A program made the position numbers and the translations under genes. A stretch of DNA of 32,000 nt, taken from NCBI GenBank assembly GCA_050749285.1, contig JBOGQX010000052.1:11965-43964 (forward strand), in the 5' to 3' direction. Positions 5,917 through 13,316 of this stretch are shown piece after piece. How positions within the stretch are numbered: the stretch's first letter is position 1; every line of letters starts with the position of its first letter. Source of the stretch: Nitrosotalea sp. (lineage in GTDB: Archaea; Thermoproteota; Nitrososphaeria; Nitrososphaerales; Nitrosopumilaceae). Below the pieces are notes generated by a model that made no database searches, was not told the origin of the DNA, and worked only from the letters and a program-made list of their open reading frames with translations.

Positions 5917-6729
5917 CTAGTAGTTCTCAAGCACACCTGCTTTGTTTCTGTGAGTATACCCAAATTCCTTGTTTGTGAGTAAAAATTGACCGTCAAATAC
6001 AGTTCCGTCTTTGCATGCCAATACATCACCAAAACAACAACTTCCGCAAATTCCCATTCCACATTTCATCATTCTTTCAATACTTGCTTCTACGTAGATC
6101 TTTTTTTGTGTGGCAATCTGCACTACCTTGTGCATCATTTTTTCTGGACCACAGGTGTAAACTGCATCAAATGTATTATCTTTCAACAATTTTTCCATCA
6201 CATCTGTCACCAATCCTGATTCCCCGTATGTACCATCTTCAGTTACAACTATCACATTGTGCGTGTTTTGTTGCAAAATATTATTTGCAAGTTTTTCAAA
6301 GAAGACTTCTTCCTTTGTCTTTGCACCCATTATGATTGTGATATCATCATTTTTTTCTAAGAATGTTAACAGCCTAACAAGCGGGACAAGTCCTGTTCCT
6401 CCTCCTACTAGCAATAATTTCCCGTGTTTTATCGTGAACGAGTTCCCATAAGGTCCTCTTACTCCTATTTGGTCTCCCACTTTCATTGAATATAGTGCTG
6501 CTGAAGCAAGCCCATGCTTTCGGACCGTCAAGGCAGCTTTTCCTTTTTCAGTAGATATCATAACACTCATTGGAAGTTCATTTACTCCTGGAATCCATAC
6601 CATTGCAAATTGTCCTGGCAAAACCTGTGATAGAATATCATCGGAGAAAATAAGAGTCCTAACAGTGGGGGTTTCATCGATTATTTTTTCAATGGTTACA
6701 ATTGTTGGTGTGTCAATATTTCTTTGCAA
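5917..6729 (-). CDS. pyrK: Dihydroorotate dehydrogenase electron-transfer subunit (PyrK).
   Basis: Ferredoxin-reductase-like FAD/NAD fold (LLLVGGGTGLVPL) and a C-terminal 2Fe-2S motif (CGMGICGSCC...C). It overlaps pyrD by 17 nt. Confidence 0.9.
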   Translation of the reverse strand: MQRNIDTPTIVTIEKIIDETPTVRTLIFSDDILSQVLPGQFAMVWIPGVNELPMSVMISTEKGKAALTVRKHGLASAALYSMKVGDQIGVRGPYGNSFTIKHGKLLLVGGGTGLVPLVRLLTFLEKNDDITIIMGAKTKEEVFFEKLANNILQQNTHNVIVVTEDGTYGESGLVTDVMEKLLKDNTFDAVYTCGPEKMMHKVVQIATQKKIYVEASIERMMKCGMGICGSCCFGDVLACKDGTVFDGQFLLTNKEFGYTHRNKAGVLENY

Positions 6730-7621
6730 TACCTACCATATCCCGAATTGTCTGAAAGTTTTTTCTTTCCATGTATTTTGATATTTCATTATTTATTTTA
6801 GAAAATACCCCAACCCATTTTTCTGCAACAGCGCTGCCAATCTGAACAGCACTTGCTCCTGCCAACACAAACTCGACTGCGTCTTCCCAGTTAGAAACTC
6901 CTCCACAACCAATTATTGGCGTATCAAATTTCGAGGCGATTTCGTAAACACACCTAACTGCAATCGGTTTTATCGGAGTTCCAGAAAGCCCGCCTATTTT
7001 ATGACTCAGTATAGGACGAGTTGTCTCAACATCAATTGCCATGGCTCGTATTGTGTTTATTGCAGTTATCGCGTCAATACCAGCTTCACAAGATGCCCTA
7101 ACAGTATCCAAGTAATCTGAGGAACCAAGACCAACTTTTGCAATTACTGGAACCTTTGATGCTTTTTTTACTTCTCTTACAATTTTTATTACAAGTTCAG
7201 GATCGTCGCCAACTTCGAGTCCTACTTTTTCCACATGCGGACAAGAGAGGTTAAGTTCATAAGCTAAGACTTTGACATTCTCAAATTGTTTTATCATAAA
7301 AGTAAAGTCATCTGGAATGGAACCTACCAGACTGACTATGATTGGAATTGTTTTGTTTGATGAAATCATTTTTGCAAAGTAGGGCGCACCTGGATTTGAA
7401 AGTCCAACTGCGTTAAGATATCCACTTTTTACACCAATTATAGTTGGGTTTGGATATCCTTCCCATGGTTCCTTGCTTAATGATTTTGTGATAAGTGCAC
7501 CTGCCCCCTCCTTATATAGACGCGCAAAAACATCAAGAGAGATTCCCAATATTCCCGAAGCAAGCATCGTTGGGCGTTCAAGCTTGATGGGACCAACATT
7601 TGTTGAGATGTCGGGATTCAC
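6713..7621 (-). CDS. pyrD: Dihydroorotate dehydrogenase, catalytic subunit (class 1B, PyrD).
   Basis: TIM-barrel DHOD motifs: NAVGLSNPG, ELNLSCPH, GGLSG, IIGCGGV. It is paired with pyrK. Confidence 0.9.
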   Translation of the reverse strand: MNPDISTNVGPIKLERPTMLASGILGISLDVFARLYKEGAGALITKSLSKEPWEGYPNPTIIGVKSGYLNAVGLSNPGAPYFAKMISSNKTIPIIVSLVGSIPDDFTFMIKQFENVKVLAYELNLSCPHVEKVGLEVGDDPELVIKIVREVKKASKVPVIAKVGLGSSDYLDTVRASCEAGIDAITAINTIRAMAIDVETTRPILSHKIGGLSGTPIKPIAVRCVYEIASKFDTPIIGCGGVSNWEDAVEFVLAGASAVQIGSAVAEKWVGVFSKINNEISKYMERKNFQTIRDMVGIAKKY

Positions 7622-7697
7622 TTCTAATTATTAAAAATGGTTGTCTTATAACGGTTGATGCAAGGTCGTCCAGTAATGTTACCTTTTTTAGTAAGAC

Positions 7698-8963
7698 ATG
7701 AAAATGCCTTGTATGCATTCTGTAATTTTAACAGAACTGGGCATAGCAGTTTTTGATAATAACAAATGTGTAAAATCCATTCTCTTTACAAATCCCGCAA
7801 GAGATTACATCGAATTAAAAAAAGAAACGGCAGACATCGCAGATTTAGAACAGTTTCTCAGTAAATTATCATCAAGTGCATCAGTTAATGATACTAGTCT
7901 ACTCAAACTTTTAAAGAAAAGATCAATAGAGGTGGAGATGATGGAACAAAATAAAATAGAAACAATCCAGTCTTCAAAATTAAGAGTACTGGTAGATTCA
8001 GGCTTTGCAAAAGATGAGAATGACGCAAGAGAGAAATTACGAGATTTTGCTATGCAACTTTCTTCCTCAAAGGTCACTGAGGTTTCAGAGAGTCCCGATC
8101 TCCACATAATTGAAGCGATAAACATGTTAGATGAAACAGATAAGATAGCAAATTTGCTAAGCTCAAGACTTAGGGAATGGTACGGTCTTCATTTTCCAGA
8201 ACTTGATAATCTCATAGATACAATAAGCGGGTATTCAAAAATAGTTCTTGCGGGAAGAAGAGACGACCTTACCCACCAGACTTATCTTGATGCAGGATTT
8301 CCTGAGGAAAAAGCCGAGATGTTATCACTTTTGCAAGGAAAGAGTAGGGGCGGTCAAATGTCTAATGAGAATTTGGCCATTGTACAAAGTCTTGCTAAAC
8401 AAATTTTACAACTTTTTGAGTTACGAAACACTCTAGAGAACCACATAGAGACTCAAATGGTAGCAATTGCTCCAAATATTTCTGGAATTCTAGGAACATC
8501 GGTAGGAGCAAGAATACTTGCAAGAGCAGGAAGTCTCAAGAGACTTGCTTCTATGCCTGCAAGTACTATCCAAGTCTTGGGAGCAGAAAAAGCTCTGTTC
8601 AGATCTCTCAAAACTGGAGCCCAACCGCCAAAACATGGTTTGCTATTTCAACACACCTTAGTTCATGCTGCACCTAGATGGCAACGCGGTAAGATTGCAA
8701 GAGCAATAGCAGCAAAGGCTGCGTTGGGTGCAAGAGTGGATGTTTATGGAGCAGGGAGAAATGAGATGCTCTTTGAGAAATTGAACATAAGGATAACTGA
8801 GATAGGAGAGAAATACAAGGAAGCCCCAGAAAGACCACCGCAGATACAATCTCGTAGACCAAATGAGAGAGATTTCCGACATCGGGATATGGGCAGACAA
8901 AGAGACAAAAAGAACGACTGGCAAAGAACAAAAAGAAGGAAATTTGGAAAACGCAGAAGGTAA
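7698..8963 (+). CDS. nop5: C/D box sRNP protein Nop56/58 (Nop5) with a basic C-terminal tail.
   Basis: NOP-domain motifs: LREWYGLHFPEL, AEKALFRSLKTGAQPPKHGLLFQH. Fibrillarin lies immediately downstream. The tail is Arg/Lys-rich (RRPNERDFRHRDMGRQRDKKNDWQRTKRRKFGKRRR). Confidence 0.9.
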   Translation: MKMPCMHSVILTELGIAVFDNNKCVKSILFTNPARDYIELKKETADIADLEQFLSKLSSSASVNDTSLLKLLKKRSIEVEMMEQNKIETIQSSKLRVLVDSGFAKDENDAREKLRDFAMQLSSSKVTEVSESPDLHIIEAINMLDETDKIANLLSSRLREWYGLHFPELDNLIDTISGYSKIVLAGRRDDLTHQTYLDAGFPEEKAEMLSLLQGKSRGGQMSNENLAIVQSLAKQILQLFELRNTLENHIETQMVAIAPNISGILGTSVGARILARAGSLKRLASMPASTIQVLGAEKALFRSLKTGAQPPKHGLLFQHTLVHAAPRWQRGKIARAIAAKAALGARVDVYGAGRNEMLFEKLNIRITEIGEKYKEAPERPPQIQSRRPNERDFRHRDMGRQRDKKNDWQRTKRRKFGKRRR

Positions 8964-9618
8964 TATTTTCTGGGTAAAAATAGATGGAGAAAAGAAACTA
9001 GCGACTTTGAATCTTGTACCAGGAAATCAAGTTTACAGAGAAAAATTAGTCAAAATAAATGACGAGGAATTTAGAGCGTGGGACCCATTTAGAAGTAAAC
9101 TTGCTGCAGCTATAATGAATGGTCTTGCCATACTTCCCATCGTTAGAAAGTCTAGAGTACTGTACCTAGGAGTTTCAACAGGAACAACAGCAAGTCATGT
9201 TTCAGACATAGTGGGCCCCAGTGGAATTGTCTTTAGTGTGGAACATACAAGTAGAGTGGCACGAGAATTTCTTGATAGGGTTGCGTCGTATAGATCAAAC
9301 ATAGTTCCGATTTTACTTGATGCAAGAAATCCGAAAGAATATTTTTCAGTCTATGGAACAGTTGATGTGGTTTATGTCGATATTGCTCAGCCGGATCAGA
9401 CAGAGATTGCCATTTTGAATTGTAAAACTTATTTGAAAAAGGGAGGTTACATGATACTAGTTATCAAGACACGAAGTATTGATGTTACCAAAGATCCATC
9501 AGAAATAGTTCGTAATGAAATAAAAAAACTACAAGAAAATTTTGAGATTATTCAAGAGATCAACCTTGAACCATACGAAAAAGATCATAGCATAATTATT
9601 GCTAAATTCCTTGGATAG
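8863..9618 (+). CDS. flpA: Fibrillarin-like rRNA/tRNA 2'-O-methyltransferase.
   Basis: FRAWDPFRSKLAAAI, VLYLGVSTGTTASHVSDI and DVVYVDIAQPDQ are typical fibrillarin SAM-MTase motifs. The ATG at 8863 overlaps nop5 by 101 nt. An in-frame TTG at 8944 would give the usual short N-terminus and is a plausible true start. Confidence 0.9.
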   Translation: MREISDIGIWADKETKRTTGKEQKEGNLENAEGNIFWVKIDGEKKLATLNLVPGNQVYREKLVKINDEEFRAWDPFRSKLAAAIMNGLAILPIVRKSRVLYLGVSTGTTASHVSDIVGPSGIVFSVEHTSRVAREFLDRVASYRSNIVPILLDARNPKEYFSVYGTVDVVYVDIAQPDQTEIAILNCKTYLKKGGYMILVIKTRSIDVTKDPSEIVRNEIKKLQENFEIIQEINLEPYEKDHSIIIAKFLG

Positions 9619-9620
9619 TT

Positions 9621-10241
9621 TCACACTTGATTTAGCATAATCTTGATCGGTTTCCAACTCTTTCTTGCAAATTTTGGTGGAAATCCATGTAACCCAATAT
9701 ACCTTCTAATGAATTCCATTGTCTTAGAATCTGATGGATATCCACTCCCAACATCATAATTCAGTCTTAATTTCTCAATTACTCTATCTCTATTTACTTT
9801 AGCAATAATAGAAGCAGCAGAAACTACAGGAAACCTTCTGTCTGCATGGTGACTAGAGTAAACTTTCTTTATTTTTGCAAGTTTTGATATTTGTGTTCCA
9901 AATCTAGCGGGATTTACGTCACAGGAGTCTACATAAGCAGAACTTGGTTTTAGTTTTTCAATAACCTTAGCCATGTACTTGGCTTCAAGGTCATTTAGCT
10001 GATTTTTGCTTACACTTCTATCAATTACACTTGGAGGAATCCTTGTTACATAGTAATCATCCACAATGGAAATTATCTTTTTGTACAAATTTTCCCTAGA
10101 TTTAGGAGACAAGAGTTTAGAATCCTTGACTCCAATTTTGGAAAGATGCTTGATTTTGTTGCGCTCAATTAAGACGCCTGCAATAACAAGTGGGCCCACA
10201 ACTGAGCCTCTCCCTGCCTCGTCAACTCCGCAGACTAGCAT
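9621..10241 (-). CDS. rnhB: Ribonuclease HII.
   Basis: N-terminal GVDEAGRGSVVGPLVIAG and the later DSKLLS and HHADRRFPVVSAASIIAK motifs. Confidence 0.9.
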   Translation of the reverse strand: MLVCGVDEAGRGSVVGPLVIAGVLIERNKIKHLSKIGVKDSKLLSPKSRENLYKKIISIVDDYYVTRIPPSVIDRSVSKNQLNDLEAKYMAKVIEKLKPSSAYVDSCDVNPARFGTQISKLAKIKKVYSSHHADRRFPVVSAASIIAKVNRDRVIEKLRLNYDVGSGYPSDSKTMEFIRRYIGLHGFPPKFARKSWKPIKIMLNQV

Positions 10242-10294
10242 TTGGAGTGTTGTTGCGTTAGATGTATTAAATCATTTTAGATTATCCCATATAG

Positions 10295-11425
10295 TTGGAT
10301 TCTAATTTTGTAGAGATAGTAGAGGGAAATACGAAACTTTTAGTGCCAAATAACTCGTTGACAGAAAAGTCACCTCCCAGAGATCCTGCTTTTTTCAATC
10401 CAAGAGCTAAGATTAGTAGAGATTTTTCCATTATAGCATACTCTGCATTTCTGAAAAATTTTAAAGGACCAAAAATCTTTCTTGATTCACTTGCAGGCAT
10501 TGGAGCAAGAAGCATAAGAGTTGCAAACGAAGTAAATGAGATTGAGAGAGTCTTTGTAAATGATATAAACCCAAAAGCGTTGGAGATAGCAAAAGAGATA
10601 GCAAAATTAAACAATGTCACCAAGTGTGACTTTTCTGAAAATGAAGCCTGTAGATTTCTAAGTTTACATTCCAAAAGGGAGCAGAGAGGTGCGATTGTAG
10701 ACATTGATCCATTTGGATCGCCTTCAAGGTATCTGGATTGTGGTATTAGAGCAACATCTCATGGAGGTCTTCTTTCTGTTACGGCCACTGATCTCACAGT
10801 ATTGCACGGATTATTTCCTGCAGCCTGTAAACGAAAGTATTATGGAATTCCTGTAAGAACTGAATACGGCAATGAAATTGCTTTAAGATTAATCATAGGA
10901 TGCATCAATCTTATAGCTGGAAGATTGGATGTGAAGATTATTCCTTTGTTTGTACAAAATAATATGCATTATTACAAGGCATACGTCAAAGTTCTTGTAA
11001 GAACCAGCAGTGATGAAGGCATGGGCTATGTGTTACACTGCAAAAATTGCGGAAATAGAGAAATCTTGAAGGAGTTGGATCATACATGCAAGATTTGTAA
11101 CTCAAAAGCTGAGATTGGAGGTCCACTCTGGGTTGATGATCTCTTTGACAAGGATTTTGTGAATGAGATGTTAAATAAAGAAAAAAATTTCCAAGCAGAT
11201 AAATCATGCAGAAAAACCTTGGAAAAATGTCAAAATGAGATGGGTATGCCACCGTTATTCTTCACTATCGATGAAATTGCTCACAGGAAACAATCAGCTC
11301 CCATTTCATTGACAAAGACAATTGAAAAAATTCAGAAAGCAGGTTTTAGAGCTAGTGCAACAAGTTTCAATCCTTCTGCATTTAAGACTGATGCAAAAAT
11401 AGATGACGTTCGATCTATAATCTAG
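10295..11425 (+). CDS. trm1: tRNA (guanine26-N2)-dimethyltransferase Trm1.
   Basis: FFNPRAKISRD, LDSLAGIGARSIR and VDIDPFGSP motifs, plus a C-terminal Zn cluster (CKNCGN...CKICNS). Confidence 0.9.
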   Translation: MDSNFVEIVEGNTKLLVPNNSLTEKSPPRDPAFFNPRAKISRDFSIIAYSAFLKNFKGPKIFLDSLAGIGARSIRVANEVNEIERVFVNDINPKALEIAKEIAKLNNVTKCDFSENEACRFLSLHSKREQRGAIVDIDPFGSPSRYLDCGIRATSHGGLLSVTATDLTVLHGLFPAACKRKYYGIPVRTEYGNEIALRLIIGCINLIAGRLDVKIIPLFVQNNMHYYKAYVKVLVRTSSDEGMGYVLHCKNCGNREILKELDHTCKICNSKAEIGGPLWVDDLFDKDFVNEMLNKEKNFQADKSCRKTLEKCQNEMGMPPLFFTIDEIAHRKQSAPISLTKTIEKIQKAGFRASATSFNPSAFKTDAKIDDVRSII

Positions 11426-12018
11426 TTTCCGAGATATCCCAAACAGATATGGTATAACTCGCTACTTGTTTTTCTACTTGCTTTTGGCTTCTTTAATTGC
11501 ACTTTAATGAATTTCTTTTTCAGGTAATCTCTGAATTCATTAGAGTATTCACCATCAAAGACCTTAAAAAGCGCATTACCTTTTTGTGCAAGAACATGAT
11601 CCATTATCTTACTTGCAGAATAGTTTAGCGATATCTGACGAGCATGATCTATGGACCATGTGCCAGTGACTTGTGGAGAAAGATCACATATAACGGCATT
11701 TACCTTTGTGCCAAAATAATCAAAGATTGATTCAACGATTGATTCATCTTCTATATCTCCCCTAATTATGTTCGCATTTGCAACTTCCTCAACGTATGAT
11801 TTGTCAATCCCCATCACTTTCCCTCTATTTCCTGTTAACTCTAGAGCTACTTGGGTCCAACCACCAGGAGAACATCCTAAATCAAGAACATTAAAACCAG
11901 GACCGATTATCCTGTAAGATTGGTTTAGTTCTTTTAGCTTGTACGCAGCTCTACTTCTATATCCTTCCTTGTGAGCTAATCTCCTGTACAGATCTCGTCT
12001 AGCGTCGATTAATTTCAT
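11422..12018 (-). CDS. rlmE: 23S rRNA 2'-O-ribose methyltransferase RlmE/FtsJ family.
   Basis: YRSRAAYKLKELN, VLDLGCSPGGWTQV, VICDLSP. Confidence 0.9.
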   Translation of the reverse strand: MKLIDARRDLYRRLAHKEGYRSRAAYKLKELNQSYRIIGPGFNVLDLGCSPGGWTQVALELTGNRGKVMGIDKSYVEEVANANIIRGDIEDESIVESIFDYFGTKVNAVICDLSPQVTGTWSIDHARQISLNYSASKIMDHVLAQKGNALFKVFDGEYSNEFRDYLKKKFIKVQLKKPKASRKTSSELYHICLGYLGN

Positions 12019-12656
12019 TTCTTAGTCTTTTTTGAAGTTGCAAATTCTGTTAACACCCATTGCTCAATCAAAGGACAAGTGCGTGGACTTACTTCTCCTT
12101 CTAACGTACACTTTTGCTCTACGGGGCAAATGAGACAGGGCGCAGACTCGATTGATTGAGTGGTGACTGGAATGTGAGCAATTTTAAGTTTGTAGGTCCA
12201 ACGCCCATCTTTTAGAATCTTTTCCCTTTTGATTATATTTTGTCTTTCAAATTTTAGAGCAAGCCTTGAACCGTCTCTACTTGAAAGTTTAAGTTTCTTC
12301 CACAATTCACTTTGAAACATACCATCATCGCCACGTTTTGCAACCAGATCAAGGACGGTCGTTTTTAACTTCTCCATGTCCAGTCCTTCAATCTCAAAAT
12401 TCTCAATTTCCTTCTCATCCATCTCTTCAAGTTCTTCTTCGGTAGGTTCTGTTTTCTTTTTCTTTTCTTCGGAAGCCTTTTTCTTACCTAACTTAGATAC
12501 AAATTTCTTTTCGTCTTTTTTCTTTAATGCTTTCTTTTCGTCTTTTTTCTTTGCTATTTCCTTTCCTTCTTTTTTCTTTAATGCTTTCTTTTCTTCTTTT
12601 TTCTTTGCTATTTCCTTTCCTTCTTCTTTTGCTAGTTTTTTTTCTTTTTTAGCCAT
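12015..12656 (-). CDS. RPC34/TFE-beta-like winged-helix protein with a C-terminal Cys cluster and an N-terminal Lys/Glu-rich repeat.
   Basis: The WH-like segment is LVAKRGDDGMFQSELWKKLKLSSRDGSRLALKFERQNIIKRE. It is followed by CLICPVEQKC...SPRTC (4 Cys), which fits the Fe-S domain of TFE-beta/RPC34. The N-terminal ~95 aa are KKE low complexity. Confidence 0.55.
   Translation of the reverse strand: MAKKEKKLAKEEGKEIAKKKEEKKALKKKEGKEIAKKKDEKKALKKKDEKKFVSKLGKKKASEEKKKKTEPTEEELEEMDEKEIENFEIEGLDMEKLKTTVLDLVAKRGDDGMFQSELWKKLKLSSRDGSRLALKFERQNIIKREKILKDGRWTYKLKIAHIPVTTQSIESAPCLICPVEQKCTLEGEVSPRTCPLIEQWVLTEFATSKKTKK
12506..12640. repeat. Tandem coding repeat with a 54-nt period inside the K/E-rich N-terminus.
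   Basis: nt 12531-12570 and nt 12585-12624 are 39/40 identical. A shorter related copy lies at 12506-12530. On the minus strand the repeat encodes EGKEIAKKK(E/D)EKKALKKK twice. Confidence 0.8.
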
Positions 12657-12728
12657 AATTATCTATGATAACAGACATTATTCCTCAATAATCTTGAGTT
12701 GAAAGCGATATAATAATATATAATTCAC

Positions 12729-13208
12729 CTATTGAACCCTGAAGTTGGCAGTTACGTTTATGCTATTCTGGTATGATTTGTCCTTCATTTCCGCAAAAAT
12801 CTGATACAAACCAGTCCTGTTTATCGCAGGTGAAAAGATATCGTTGACTGGCAGAGTAGAATTGCTTTGAGCGAAACACTGTGAAAAATAGGCATTCTGG
12901 GCAATGACCTGTTTTGGAGATGAGTCGAGGATATAGACGGTCATATACAAATCTCCGCAGTCAAAAGCTGTGTCATTTACCCTAACTGTGAAATTCAGTG
13001 GGGTAGAGAGAGCATATGAATCCATAAGATTGGCAATTCTGATGTCTTTGTCTCCTTCTTGCTGTGGTTGGGTCACAAATTTGAATTGCCACATATTTAG
13101 TTGTCTATCAGGTTGGCCCAAAACATCTGACAAGACATATCCGCCAAAGATAAATGAGATAACAACTGGAACTACAAAAACAACGTAAGCAATTTTCCTC
13201 ATTGCCAA
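12729..13208 (-). CDS. Membrane-anchored extracellular hypothetical protein (159 aa).
   Basis: N-terminal signal anchor KIAYVVFVVPVVISFIFGGYVL. Five N-x-S/T sequons (NFT, NDT, NST, NRT, NVT). No family was recognised. Confidence 0.6.
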   Translation of the reverse strand: MAMRKIAYVVFVVPVVISFIFGGYVLSDVLGQPDRQLNMWQFKFVTQPQQEGDKDIRIANLMDSYALSTPLNFTVRVNDTAFDCGDLYMTVYILDSSPKQVIAQNAYFSQCFAQSNSTLPVNDIFSPAINRTGLYQIFAEMKDKSYQNSINVTANFRVQ

Positions 13209-13316
13209 TTCGTAATCTAACCACTTACATTCCCTTATATCTATTTGGTCAAAAAACGAATCTTGACGATAAATTTGACGAATAAGTTAAATCACAGCCA
13301 AGGATATAGGCGCTAG

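Noticed and set aside
5829-8931. ORFs 5829..6062(-), 5986..6219, 6015..6335, 6257..6451(+), 7805..8125(-), 8248..8436(+), 8658..8924(-) and 8674..8931(-).
   Set aside because: All lie inside, or in alternative frames of, the strongly supported pyrK and nop5 genes and the start of the radical SAM gene. Their sequences are low-complexity or Cys/Phe/Ser-rich, typical of off-frame translation of AT-rich genes.
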